Positions 44,851 to 58,121 of a stretch of 64,000 nucleotides of DNA are shown in pieces (within the stretch, counting starts at the first letter, position 1; every line of letters starts with the position of its first letter). The position numbers and the translations under genes are program-made. This DNA comes from Octopus sinensis (taxonomy: Eukaryota), in assembly GCF_006345805.1 (NCBI RefSeq), contig NW_021832223.1, forward strand, positions 434,001 to 498,000, given 5' to 3'. The notes beneath the pieces were generated by a model. It did not search any database. It was given only the letters and a program-made list of their open reading frames with translations, and was not told where the DNA came from.

Positions 44851-45339
44851 GCACTAAATAACTCAAGTTAAAATAGTTTTTTCAACAATTAATCTAAAAA
44901 ATCTCATATTTGTAATTTATTTGTTAAACTACGGTATTTAAGCAAGTTGAAGGAGAGAAATTTCACAGATACGACCTGCTTGCAAACAAACTGTCGGTTC
45001 TTTATATAGCAAAAGTAAAGATTAATCGGGTAGTCTTGACATGAAATAGAGTTGTCTCAAAGTTCTTTAAAAGTCATATGGATAACTTATCCATCGATGA
45101 AGGAACGTTGTGTTAAATAGAACCTGAGAGTATGCTCATTCAACAGAGACATGAAATGAAGATTATACTAACTAGGTTAAGTAATCCCAGCGTCCAAAAT
45201 TCTTCAAATTCTCCTTGCATGTTTGAATGATGACTAGTTTCCTTCTATCTGAAAGTTATTCAAAATGAGTAAATATTTTATGATATCACCATCAAGATGG
45301 ATATAACCCAAATTTAATTAGCTTAGGCTGTACTACTAA

Positions 45340-46523
45340 ATGGACGATTGTCGTAACTATGATTTATCTCAGCAAGGGACCTCCAATCAAAAGAGGCACA
45401 GAGACCTTCCATCTTTCCCTGCAGGTCTTTCTCTGCAAAATCAGACGCGAACAGTCTCTAGACAGTCATAAATAAATTTGGTATTATAGTGGGTTCGATG
45501 GATAGGTACCACTAAGTTGGTGATCATCAAAATCACTGGGAACAGAAACAATGCTCAACGTCTCCTAATTCGAAAGATTTTCCCCAAAATATATGGACGG
45601 GTATTTATGGTCTCGACACCTCAAAGGAATTGCTTAAAGACTCAGAGGGAAAGCTTTCTTGTCGTTTCAAACACCTAGTGGTTGATTGCTACATATCCCC
45701 AGTGGAGTTTGACATGGAGAGCCTCAACTGGGCCATAAGAGTAAGAGAGGAGGAAATGCTCAATTTAATCATGGTGAGTCGGTCAGCTACCAAATTGCAA
45801 GAACTCAAAAATTTGTATCCAAAAAGTATGACATACGCAAAAGTGGTAGGATTTAACGGCATCTGACTTAACCTTTTGCAGTCCTTGGGACCATACTCGA
45901 TTACTCTTAGAACTGGCCAAAGTGTGTTTGTTTGCTGATGCATCAAAGACAACCGAGATTTTTCTACCTCAGTGGACATGAATATGGCCCAGGTTGATGC
46001 AAATGAGCTTTATTCTGCTGGGATTGGAAACTTTGATACCGAAGACTTTGTTTTCAGTCGGATTTTTACTTCGAGGAGTCTTGTGCAGTTAAGACAGACT
46101 TTTAAAGAGTATGCCAGGGTTACACTTGTCATGTTGTGAACATTTATAGATGACAATCACTCGAGTAATAAAGCTGTCTACAGTAAAATGCTCGAGTCTG
46201 TCAAGAACTTGTACAAAGCACTGGGTAATGTTTTTGCGTCACATTACTTTTTAGCCGACTACATTATCAATCCGATTACATTCTTTGCACATTATTTAAA
46301 CAAATCTTTGAAAGGTCTAGAAACTAACGACCATTTGTTGTGCTATATTATCATCTCCAGATCTGAAGTTTGCGCTTTAAGGAATGACGTAGATCGATTT
46401 GGGCGATATCTCAGACGTCTTTTTGAATCGCTACAGAGTTCCTTTGGCTCTCTCTATCAAGCAAGATACTCCGGAGATTTTAAAAAGCTTCTACTGTTGC
46501 TATTAGGAAGACAAGGATCTTAA
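45340..46523 (+). pseudogene. Annexin pseudogene copy 2
   Basis: Same in-frame TAG (45459-45461) and the same frameshifts as copy 1. Confidence 0.85.
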
Positions 46524-47499
46524 ATAATACTTACTATATCGCCTTTCATTTATTTATCGCCTTTCATTTATTTCAGAAGTCTGGAAAATACCATTTAAAG
46601 TGCCTTAAATCCAGTTAGACGCCAATCTTCATTAATTTACAAATTTTATTGGTCCCTATTTTAGAGGGACTGAGAAAAAAATAGGAGTTTTAGTGATATT
46701 TTGAACTTAATTGGAAATTAATTACCAAAAGGTTCAAAAAATATTATTTAAATTTATTTTTTTGTTTATTTTCATATTATTTTCTATAGCCTGTTCGTAT
46801 TTCAATTTACAATATAATGAGATTGGTGATTTTCTGATTTTTTGCGTTTATTTTAAGATGGCTTAATACTTTTATTTTACTCGAGAATTTCAATCTATAC
46901 AACAATTTTTTCCAATTCTAAAAAGATTAGAAAACATTAAGGTTTTCTGAGCTTTAATGATTTTGTAGAGTTTTTTGAGTTTTAATATTCGAAAACATTA
47001 GCGTTGACGCTATATAATAGTCTTGATAACCGCTGTATTGGATTCTTTTTTAAAATTTAGAAACTAACTAAAAATCAACTTTAACATTGACTACAATTCT
47101 ATTTTTCAAACGTTTTTTGGATATGTGAATTCTATCATTAACAAATCTAGACGGAGTCACCAATAAAGAGAGACTTTTAGTTAAAATTTCCTGCATACAA
47201 TTAATGAACCATAATCTGCTTTTATTTGAGAACTAAATGGAAAGTAAGTAATTTCCTTTGAAATAAATTGTTTAATTTAATTGAAGAATGCTACAACTTA
47301 TTTGTACTTTCAAAGATGATAATGGAAAAAGAAAAAAATACCAAATAGAATAAAAATTCAAATTACTATTGATATATTAGACCAAAATGACTAAATGATG
47401 GCATCAGCTTGAAACAAGTAACTCTTGTGAAAATATTAAAAAGTCATAGAAAAGGTGCATTTAAAGAAATAGATTGACTATAAAAGATATGATTAGAAT

Positions 47500-49790
47500 A
47501 AAAGAAAAAAAGATATTAATTCATAAACCAAGACTGAATTTCGAAAGGACAACTGGTGCTTCGAATTGAATCGGAAAGGAAATACCGAGACGAAGATTTC
47601 AAAATTATCTGCAGAACTAAGAACTTGTAAATTGCTACGTAAGACAGGCTCTGCCTCAGAGTGAAAAACAAAATGTGATGGATATTCTATGTCGTTATGA
47701 ATATAAAAAGTCAAAAAAAAGGAGAGCTCTTGAGAATCGAATCCTTACTGCACGACCTATCAGAATTAAGAAAAAACAAATTGCTGTATATAAGAGTAAT
47801 GAAGTGACAACATACTCTTGATGATGAGGAGTGTATGTCGTTCTGGGAAAAAGTATGGAGCAAAAGACACGAAATATTTGTCACAATTAGTTACATAATG
47901 AAGATCATTAAATATCTTCCTGACTGGAAGGCACCGGGACGTGACGGGATATATAATTTTTTCATTAAAAGACTGGAATCTCTGCATGAATTTTTATGTG
48001 TTGAAATTAACAAAATAATCAAAGGTGACTACATGCCATAAAGCTGGTTTTATACTGAAATAACATATCTAATCCCTAAAAAAATGATTGTGAGACTCCG
48101 AAAGATTTACGACCTATAACATGCATGTCGACACTTTATAAGTTAGTTACCAAGTGTGTTAATGGAAAACTGTCTGAGTTCGTGAATGCATTTGGCTTAA
48201 TTTCCGACAATCAACTTGGTACGAGGAGACAGTGTCAGGGTGCTAAACAACAGGCCCTTATTAACCAATGCCTAAATAAAGAGTATGGAAATGGGATATA
48301 CTCTGCATGGATTGATGTCAAGATGGCTTTCGATTCTGTTGACCACGACTTTTTATTTCATGTATTGGAGTGTTCTGGGATACCTGCATGGATCGTTAAC
48401 TTTGTGAAAAGCACTGTACGAATGTGAACTGTAAAGCTCCATATTGACGGAAGGAGAATTGGTTCTGTAAAGTTGGGCCGAGGAATTTTACAAGGAGACT
48501 CATTATCCCCACAACTTTTTGTTATGGTGATGGACTCACTAAGCAGAATTCTTAATGCCATGTTTCCGAAGGTTCAGATCAATCAACAGGACCCAAATAT
48601 GTTGACCTATTCTACTAATCATTTGTTCTTCATTGACGACCTAAGGATATTCGCTCTTAAAGAAGATGTAGTAATTAAAATGATGGAAGCTATTGATGAA
48701 TTCTTTAAAATAGTTGGCTTGGAGATGAATTTAGAAAAGTCAGCATCAAATGTTAAATCGTTATTTTGTTGTGAGACTTTGGAAGGAGTCCAAAGATATC
48801 GTTATTTGGGTGTACTTGAAAATAGAGGAAGTAATGTCCTTAAGAGTAAAGTAATGAATTCTATCCTTGGAAATGTTAAGAAAAGGACAACCATGCTTTC
48901 AAAGACGAAATTAAATTCGGTCAACTTGTTCCATGCTATAAATGAATATGCCATTTCCCTATATAATTATTACATCCGAATTATTAAGATTGTATTGACC
49001 GTCAAATACGACAACTTCTGACGACTCTCAAGCTTCATCTCAAACCTGCAAATAAAGAGAGGTTATATTTAAATCGGAAATCTCTTGGGAGAGGACTTCC
49101 TTCAGTTTCTTTCAAAAGTAAACTGATACTCTTCCAGTTCCTGAAAAGTTTAGAAAGGCAGTCGGCAGTATACTTACGGAGATTGGGAATCCTGAGTGTG
49201 ATACAAACAAATAAATGGCATATGGCCACAATTGCAGGATTTCTCGCCTCTAAGTATACAATTCTCAAATGTTAAACAGTGATTATTTGCGAAGACACAA
49301 TGAAGTTGTGAAGTGCATTCATCTTCATTTGTGCCGACTCTATGGTATTAAAAGAGGAAGGAAAATAAAGACTCATTCTGTTCAGTCTATAATATTGACA
49401 TAGAATGTTGAAATCTGAGTTGATACGTCAATTATGACGGAAACAAAAGTTCAATGCAGCAAACCAGAAATTTTCGTTTACGACAAAATTAAACAAGAAA
49501 TAACTTTAATCGAGGTTGGCATCACTTCACAAAACCGCGTCAAACAAGTCGAAATCGAGAAATTTCGTAAATATGATCTGCTTGCAAACCAACTTTCGAT
49601 ACTTTATGATGCAAAGGTAAAGATTATCCCGGTTGTCTTGACGTGGGATGGCGTTGTTTCGAGATACTTCAAAAACTATATGGACAAATTATCTATTGAA
49701 AAAGCCACAAAAACTTACATTCAGTCTGTTGTCCTAAAAAGGACTCTAGAATGCATGGCAGTTGAGCACAGATATGGAGTGAGCTGAGAA
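47500..49790 (+). mobile_element. Defective REL-type (R4-like) non-LTR retrotransposon
   Basis: APGRDG, RPITC, WIDVKMAFDSVDH, RGILQGDSLSP, FIDD, KERLYL...GRGL, RRHNEVV, KPEI..YD...IEVG...KYDLLAN. Several stops and frameshifts. The 5' limit is approximate. Confidence 0.9.
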
Positions 49791-49899
49791 CCTAAATTAA
49801 ATAGTCTAGATTAAGTTAAATTTTGTTTCTTTTAATAAAATAGTTACACAAAAAATACACCTCAAGCAAATAAAGAGCTACTTTTACCTTGCAAGAAAG

Positions 49900-50268
49900 T
49901 GGCTGGGAAGGGGGTTGACATCAAATGCTTTTAAGACAAAATTAATCCTGCTTCAGTTATTGAACACCCTGGAAAAGAAGTCAGGTATCTGTCTCAGGAA
50001 ATTGGGATCTTGTTGGTTATTAAAAAACAGAAACCGCATATGATTCTTGCTTCTAATCTTGTTCCGATGTTTAGGGGATTCTAATGTTGATCTAAAAATG
50101 TCTAGTAAGTGGTTGAACAAAAGGAACAAGTCACCAAATAGTGAAGCTTTGTATTGCCTCTCGCAAAAAAGAAATTTGTTTATTTTTGCGCGTGGTGGGG
50201 TGTGTAATCATTGCATGAAAACTAAACAGACATTAGAGAAACAAAATGCTAAACAGTTCTTTAGATGA
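49900..50268 (+). mobile_element. Second fragment of the same R4-like family (zinc knuckle region)
   Basis: NVDLKMSSKWL...RNLF...CNHC, a segment missing from the upstream element. Confidence 0.65.
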
Positions 50269-50269
50269 G

Positions 50270-51140
50270 CAAGCGTCTTGACCTCGAAAACACAGGAAGT
50301 CTTAACGGCAATATCATCGAAATGTACATTAATAATTTTCTTGGCAGAACTCCGAACCAAGGAATCATATGATTCCAGTACGTGCGTAACATAGAAACAA
50401 GAAGAGCTTCTCAAGATATAAATGATTTTTAAGATCAAAGCGATAAGATTTTTTTTTAAAGGATTCGTGTAGCTGAGTCGGCGAGAATCGGTGACCCCAG
50501 AATTTCCAGATGAGACATAGGTGTTAACCGACGTATTATCGAAAAAATTATCTAGGAATCTGCAGAAAAGAGAGAATGAGTTCTTAAACAGGGATGCTCA
50601 ACAGAAAGATTGAAAATCTCAGAGTTGCTTAAATTAATGACCAGACCAATGTTGGATAACGCCGGAATTAGAGTGGCTAAGTCATTCAACAAAATATCAG
50701 GCGGACCGCCCAGGGTACAATCATCAAGATACCAAAGATTTAGGGATGATTCTTTTACCCGGACAAAAGAATCCACGGCAAGAACAAACAATAAAGGGCC
50801 CAAAGGATCACCCTGTTGGACGCCACAAAAAAAACAAATGAAAGAACCGCTGGCAATTAAAAGGGATGGAAGTGAGTATAAAAGCGAAATAAAAAAAAGC
50901 AAATGTGGAACACGGGCTTGACAGACCTCCAACAAATGCCCACGGTCTAAAGAATTGAATGCATTAATTACATCCGGGGTCATCGGCCCAGAATCGCTTT
51001 CTTTTCTTCGTCGGCTGGGGTCGAAGATTGCCAGACGAAACAAGGATCCCAACGAGACTCGTCATCTTTTCCAAAGAGTCTCGTTGGCGATCGTCCGAGG
51101 GAACTGCCAGGCCATCTTATGCGCCGGCAGTTCAAAATAA
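50270..51140. mobile_element. CRE-like non-LTR insertion with inverted 5' part
   Basis: Minus-strand RT (NAFNSLDR, GVQQGDPLGP, WYLDD) abuts a plus-strand 3' end (GVIGPESLSFLRRLG...LFQRVSLAIVRGN) at ~50955. Confidence 0.8.
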
Positions 51141-51372
51141 CTGCATTGTCTAGTTATTTTAACTTATTAAATTAATAATTAATTACATCTAGTTTCAATA
51201 AGATAAGAGGAATATTGGATCGAGTGGAAGCGTCAATGAAACAACGACAGGCATAAACAGAAGACTCGCAGCCGCCAAGAATTCCCACGCCCAATAGAAT
51301 GGGCTGCAGTTGCACACCGATAGAAGGGATAACGGACCTACAACAGACTTTTGCGAATAAAAGAACTAAGTA

Positions 51373-51610
51373 CTAACTAAGTCCAGAGCCTTCGAAGTGA
51401 GCAGAAGGTGGCACTCCACGCACCTCCTCCCCTTCCTCCTCCTCTTCTCTGGCATTGTAGACCTTCGAGAAGGTGCAGTCCAGCGCCTCTCGCTGACTAA
51501 ACGTCAGGAAAGGGTTGGATAGGCGAGCATCAAACGAGACACTTTCCAGAGTCCTCTTAAGAACAGTTGACTGTATATAAGCCTGTAGAGACTTATCTAC
51601 ATCCAAGCGA
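51373..51610 (-). mobile_element. 3' remnant of R4-like family
   Basis: QAYIQSTVLKRTLES motif. Confidence 0.65.
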
Positions 51611-52188
51611 ACATCTCATGAGCTGATGCTCAGCGAATAGAAAAGCTAAATAGAACAAAAATTAAAAAAGGGAATTTTAGTTAACTTAAATTAACCCCAG
51701 AAGCGACAAAAACTATAAATTTCCTAAAATATTCGCATCATATTTAAATTTAAAAATAGATGTACATTTTCTCCTTAAAACGCGAGATTTTTACTGATTC
51801 TCTAACTAAACATAATTATAAACCGATTCGAAAAAGTAAACTATTAGAAAAAAATAAATTTTTCAAATGATATAACTCTAATTTACTCTATAAATATACT
51901 TTTTGTTTTTTCCAGAACATTTCTTACCGATTAAAAAAGCAATCGTAGTATTTCACCGTCGTTTGTTAGTTAGTATATTTATGAAATTGCTAATTTTTAT
52001 CTGGTTAATTTGTAAGGAATATCAATGTATTTTATTAAAAAAATTATTTATAATTTATCCACCAAATCCATAAATTGTCCTACCTTGACGTTTCAAGGCA
52101 TTAACAACGTCCATTGCGATAACAGTTTTTCTTTTGGCATGTTCAGTGTAAGAAATACAATCACGAACAGTTTGCTCGATAAAAATTA

Positions 52189-52588
52189 TTGCTAATTTAC
52201 TTACACAACGAAATCAAAGCACTTAATCAGAACATTAAAAGTCAGAAAAGGAAAGAACAACCGGAGGAATTGAATAAACTATCAAAGCAAAGAGAAGAAA
52301 TGACTGAAGAGACGGAGAAATTGGTCATGCAAGCTGAGAAAGCTTCTGAGATGAGTCTCAGAAAGGAAGAAATGAGATTGGTTATGTTAGAATTGACTTA
52401 TTTGTGTTTAGAAAGACGATTTGAATAAAATTAACACAGAAAAACTGAGAAGAGCAGAGACTGAGGTGAGAAGTCTCAAGGATAGTGAACGAGATGTCTT
52501 ACTGAGTCAACAGAGACTGGAATTATCAAGACAAGTTGCTATCGAAGACCGGCTTAATGCTTTGGAGAGGAGAGCGGAGTTCAATTAG
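52189..52588 (+). CDS. Unidentified coiled-coil fragment (host gene or gag-like remnant)
   Basis: E/K/R-rich helical ORF. A 31-nt GT-AG intron after MRL would extend it to ...ALERRAEFN*. No start identified. Confidence 0.3.
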
Positions 52589-52739
52589 TCGATAGAAGGG
52601 TTGTCTCTGCCTACTCAAGTTGTTCAGTCCTTTGAGTCGAGGAAGTGTCTGAGATTTGGGACAAGTGTCGGGCTGTGGCTGAATTGATGGACATTCCGGG
52701 GAATATATCTAATGTATATTGTTTGCTTCCTCCAAAACT

Positions 52740-53856
52740 CTAAATTTTCTTATTTCGACGCCATCAAACAAAGGAAATTTTCTTATGTTTGCATCGTTGT
52801 CTTGTATTGAAATTAAATTAAGACAAATTCAACCTTAATAATACCTGGGCTCCAATTTCAATGGATCCCTCGTCAAATCTCCACTTTCTTCTTTGCACCA
52901 TTTTTTCACCAGCATTTATTAAATTGACGTATGCTTGTTCCCGAGCCTCATTGAGGTCGTCATCATATGAAAGGAGGCTTTCCATTGTGTCATCTTCAAT
53001 TTTCCCTGGATTTTCCATTCCCATGAAGAGATAAAAAGGGACTTTCTTCGTTGTCGAGTGCACTGTATTGTTGTAGTCGAAAACAATATCCTTAATACAT
53101 TCAAAGTATCTTCCAAAAAATCCATTTGTGGCGCTAGTAGATGAAATCCATCGCTTTATACTTTGGTTAAATCTAATTAAGAAAATAATTAAAATACAAC
53201 CTCTCCACTTGACCTTGTATCCACGGAGCTCTTGGTCGACCTCGTATGTGTTTAATTTTATATTTTTCGCATAATTTTTCAACATGAAGGTTGCAAAATT
53301 CTGTTCCATTATCCGTATGTAAAATTATTGGTGGGCCGATGAAATAAAATACTTTTTGAAATAATTCTGAAATTTCTTTTGATGTTTTAGTCATGGCAAG
53401 TTCGACAACAACATATTTAGAAAAAGAATCAATTATAACCAAAATCTACACTAAAATGACATTAATACCCATTTAAAGGAATCATTGATTTCTGAATAAC
53501 GTCGAAAGTCAATCAGATCTGCAATGTATCTGTCTCGACTCCTTCTCGCAATTATCGGGGTTATCGTTGGTTTTGAGCATAACAATTTTTTAGACTAACA
53601 ATTTGTTAAGTGTGAAAAATCAAAAATACTTTGCATGGTGCACAACGAGAAATTACACGCTGTATCTCTCCCCTTGTGACTCCATAAATCAATCTTCTCA
53701 GTTTTGAGAATAAGCGGTCTCGTCCAAAGTGATTAAGATTATGTTCCGCCTAATTTATATTGGGATAAATTCTACTTCAATAAATTTAAGCTTTAGCTCC
53801 AGTTCATCCTCGTAAAAAAAACGCAATATTTTGTCAATTTGAAGTTGGCGTTTCAT
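52740..53856 (-). CDS. Intron-containing rve integrase (Ginger2/KRBA2-like)
   Basis: Four introns (53750-53775, 53595-53629, 53446-53468, 53173-53200) give one frame: HNLNH...CAPC, YIADLID, HTDNGTEF, GQVER, YNNTVHSTT. The C-terminal boundary is uncertain. Confidence 0.85.
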
Positions 53857-54039
53857 TAACGGCGCGTTTCTTTATCGGACTGTGACATAATTTATTAAAA
53901 AAAGTCGATTTATTACAAATCCAATTTTTTTTGTCAGGCACTGTATATTACAACAATTTTCTGTCATTCTATTGCCCTAGAATGACAAAATCCCCATTCT
54001 CTTTCATTTCTGTAATTTTAAACTAGCTATAATATAAGT

Positions 54040-54215
54040 ATTTTAAACCTGAAATCGACGGGCCCAGGTTCAGCTTGATGAGGTCTTCCTGAGAAGCTGG
54101 ACCGGGGCGTTGGCTATCATGTGACCAACGATCGGTTAATCTGAGGGCCCTTTGTTGAGCCTCCTCGATTCGCCTCCTGTTGGACCACGATAGCCGCGGA
54201 CCCCATTTAAGATTG
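54040..54215 (-). mobile_element. Short GC-rich LINE (CR1/L2-like) remnant
   Basis: WGPRLS...RIEEAQQRALRL resembles the post-RT WSP...LExVQRRA motif. Confidence 0.45.
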
Positions 54216-54879
54216 AACTGTATTTAATATTGGACCCCATTTTTCACAAATATATGAAACATGTTTCGAGAAAGATAAACAGCAATCAAATTTCAGACCC
54301 AATATTTTGGGGGATTTTTCAACTGGAAGTGGAATGTTGTCTAGGAATAGTTTAGGCTCTAAGTTGAACTAATGACGGTCAATAAAATAAATAGACGTTA
54401 TAATCATTTTTGTCTGATCAGTTAATTATGGTTTTCAAGTTAAGTTTTATCATTCAATATAATCTAAACATTTTTGATTCTATATCATATTTTTAAATTA
54501 TTTGAAAGTTTTCTATTTGTTCTGCCAATTGGTGGTCAATTGTGCTAATGTGGTTATAACTTTTAAAGTTTTTTTTTCAAATTTGTTAATTGCAGTCTAT
54601 TCAAGGTCGTGCAGTCTGTTAATTACCACTCTATCAACGTCAAAACTGATAATAGCTATAATTTTGATTCATAATCATACTGGTTAATGGCACATTCCAA
54701 GTTTCACTCTGATTTTATTTATGAACATTACATTTTACACGAAAAAGAGCCAATACTGGTTAAGGGCATTTAATTTTAAAGAGAAAATTGTTGTCTATTA
54801 ATTCGATAGCTATTTTGATGTGTTGATTTGTGTGTTTATTGGAATGTTTGATAAGTGTGTATTTGTATTAAAAAGTTCG

Positions 54880-55150
54880 TTCCGCTCAGCAATAACAAAA
54901 TAAAAACTAAACAGCAAAGAAGATACTACAAACTTCAAAAAGGGAAACTCAAAAATAAAAAATCTTGCGCCACCTAAATTATGCAACGGAACGAAGTTAG
55001 TTATCAAAAAATTGATGGAAGAAACGATACTAACAGCTAGTATAAAAATGAGGATGTTTATATCTCATGAATTTTGAAAATTTTTAGAGATGGGCTGTAT
55101 GTTAGATGTTCAAGTGTAGACAGAATAGAAAATTTATTCATAAATGCCAA
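54880..55150 (+). mobile_element. Helitron PIF1-helicase remnant
   Basis: NLAPPKLCNGTKLVIKKL and GLYVRCSSV (cf. QLYVACSRV). Confidence 0.75.
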
Positions 55151-55294
55151 GAAAAGACGGACAAAAGACGGAATTGGAGAATCCATTAAAGTAAAAAAAT
55201 TAATCGAATATTATTTAGTCTAAATTGCAATTTAAAAATATTGAATTAAACAGGACGAATAAAATTGAATAAGTTAAATTCAATTTATAACTCT

Positions 55295-56463
55295 ATGACA
55301 CATTTTGTTGTTTTTGCAATCATAGTAAGGAGTTTCGGCTCGAGTCCACTCATAGTAGCAATAAAGTATAAAGACAATATTCGTTCCAATATCTCCCAGA
55401 GCAACCAGTTTAATCTGAAATGGAATGAATATCTTAAAACATTTAGTTGTTCATTATACTTACTTTCGTAGATAAAAAATATCCACCACACGAAGAGAGT
55501 CGAAGAAGGGAAATATTTCGAAGCAATCTCGAACTAATTGATCAACACAACTTGAAATACGAAAGAAGGGAGACTTCGTATGCTCTAGGCATCAATCAGT
55601 TCGCGGACATGGTGTCTCATCACTTCTCTAACTATTCAGGACTTTGGAGAAATGCATAAAGAATCTCATTTTGACCTCAATTTAACCGAATTTCAAGAAT
55701 CTCGTTCCAAGCCCGAATTTGGAGATAATTATGACGTCCCAGTCAACTTTAGTTGGGTGGATCGCAATGCTGTCACTCATGTTAAGAGTGAAGGAAATTG
55801 TGAATCCTGTTATATATTTGGAGCTGTATAAGACACTAATCAATTCGTAGTTGGGAAGTTTTGAAGGCCAATTCGCTATTAAATACGGCAAACTTGTTAG
55901 CTTCAGCGAGCAAAATGTAATCGACTGTATTGGACCGGACGGATGTGCAGGGGGCTTTGCAGACGATGTTTTTAATTACATAATCAAAAATGGTGGCATC
56001 GACACCGAAGAAATGTACCCTTACGAAGCTAGGGTATACTATCTCATGTCAATCCTTAGAGTTGGTTTTGCAGATATAGGAAAAATGTTGTAAAAATGAC
56101 TGGATTCAAAACATTCACATCAGAATCTGAGTTAATGAAAGCACTGATCTACATTGGACCGATTACTACATATATCTGTGCTTCAGATCCGTCAATTCTT
56201 TTTTATAAAAAAGGTAATCCTGAATGTTCCAAAATAAGGTGTTCAAGACAATCCTCAATGCAAAAAGTGTGTAGATCACGTCATAGTGGTCGTTGGTTAT
56301 GGGGTTGAGAATGGAAAAGATTATTGGTTGGTCAAGAATAGGTACAATCGACCGTCTTATTGGCAGTTGGTCTCGTCACTACGGAGAGAACGGTTATATA
56401 AAAATGGCAAGAAATAAGAACATGCAGTGTGGATCGGACATTCCAATTTTTACCCAATTTTAG
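55295..56463 (+). CDS. Cathepsin L-like papain-family protease, copy 1
   Basis: ERFNIN (EESRRREIFRSNLELIDQHN) and GINQFADM prodomain motifs. Catalytic C (CESCY), H (DHVIVVVGYG) and N (WLVKNSW). Six to seven introns of 24-28 nt. Confidence 0.92.
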
Positions 56464-56859
56464 AATAAATATTTTCTAGCTATTCACACTTTAAATTCAT
56501 TACTATCATTTATTAAAATCATTTTTTATTGGAGACTATTTTTCTATATTTAATTTCTTGATTGAAGGTTTTAATGGAATGCGTTTCAAAGACATTCACG
56601 TTGTTCATTTTAACCAGAAATAGAGAAAAAAATTTTTTTGGGGGAAAGTTTTAAGGACCGCGTCATGTGTGTTGAGGACTTTCTTGTTGTTCATTTTAAC
56701 CAAAATGGATAAAAAGTTTTTTAATTTTTTAATTTCAAACTAAATTGAAAACTTTAATACATTTCTATAACTGTAAAAAAATAATTTATTAAAATTTCAT
56801 GTCTTCAGCTCTTTTCACCACGGTTTTTTAACATCTGCTTTTACTACAGACCAAATATG

Positions 56860-57315
56860 TTTAGCCCCAGTGGCTGAAGACTATGGATGTTGGAATTCAA
56901 ACGTCGTGGGTTCGAATCCGATAGAACCAAGTTTTCAGCCAGGGTCAAATCTTGTCAACGTTCCCCACCCGTGAGGCGACGAGTCCATCTGGCACGACAC
57001 AGATGTCGAAAGGGGGACCTCCTACCTCCCCTGATCACATTACCAATGAAGAATCTCCATTATGCAAAAAACCCGTCCGGATTCAAATGAAGTGCGGTGA
57101 GCTACGGTAGGAGGCTGACAAATGGGAACTGGACATACCAGAAATTCCCCACCTCTCTTTGGAGACGGATGGCTGTAATGTAGATTTCGAGGCTAATGTT
57201 GATCGGCACAAGCAATCCCTTCGTTCCTTGCTCCCTCATTTGATTAATTAGTTGTGACTGTTTGTGCTGGGCTTGCCATGTTGTGCAAGCTTGGGGGTTA
57301 TAAATAAATAAATAA
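56860..57315 (+). mobile_element. tRNA-derived SINE
   Basis: A box TAGCCCCAGTGG (56862-56873), B box GGTTCGAATCC (56909-56919), GC-richer body, (TAAA)n tail at ~57301-57314. Confidence 0.75.
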
Positions 57316-57369
57316 GATTAACCACTGGACTGTAAAAAGCCAATATTAAAAATTTCTGAATCTTAAATT

Positions 57370-57870
57370 CCTATTCTAATAAATACGATAATGGCAGGAG
57401 GTGTTATCCAAGACAACTAAAAATTGTCTTGAACATGACCTCATCCATTCAATTGCATTTTCTCGACAAAATGTTCCTCTTTAAGCTTCATAATATATTT
57501 AATCCAAGCGAACCAATACACTCAATCATGTGAATATTATTGCCTTTTGAACCTGCCGAAACACCTAATCTCCCCTCAGATATTGAAATTACTCTCAGCC
57601 ATAATATGAATTGGAAAATTTTGTCTTTTATAAGCTAACAAATTTCGTACAAACTGTTTTCTTTTTTCTTTATTTTAAATATTATTAACTTTCTCAGGTT
57701 CAAACTTTACTTTTTTGAGTCAAATGTCTAAAAAAGTACTCTTTGATATAGCCAATTGATGAAATTCAGCAAATTTGTCAAAAAACCACTTATTTCATAA
57801 AAGGTATTTTCTTCAATGTTACTGCAAATTGCCATTTCATTAATTTCTGTAACTCAACGACTATCGGGTT
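57370..57870 (-). pseudogene. IS630/Tc1-like transposase remnant
   Basis: SKGNNIHMIECIG and ILVVLDNTSCH (cf. DNAxxH) with stops. Confidence 0.55.
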
Positions 57871-58121
57871 TGTTCTTATTTATATCCCACGATAGGCCGT
57901 AGGTTGAGGAAAAAATCTTAAATAATGCTATAATTAATTTAAATTATGTAAAAATTAAAAGAAAAACATTATTTCAATTTTAAATAAAAATAAACAATTA
58001 TCGACTTTAGTGGGTCATCCAATTTCTTTCGATTCGATCCTCACTTTTGCCCACATCTGACTACATTTACCTCTTCAATGTAAGAAAAAAATACTGATAA
58101 AATTTTATTTTAATAAAGAAT

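Noticed and set aside
53920-53945. Tc1-like TIR (TA|CAGTGCCTGACAAAA on the minus strand) as the end of the integrase element
   Set aside because: No partner TIR was found on the other side, and it is the wrong superfamily for this integrase. Probably an unrelated solo end.
54060-54110. Hammerhead-like TTGATGAG motif
   Set aside because: No GAAA or flanking helices. The opposite strand is better explained as a LINE remnant.
56860-56930. tRNA gene
   Set aside because: A and B boxes are present, but there is no acceptor stem or cloverleaf, and it continues into a SINE body and tail.
56980-57040. Hammerhead ribozyme in the SINE body (stem + GAAA)
   Set aside because: The core reads CTGGCAC rather than CTGANGA, and stem I cannot be formed.
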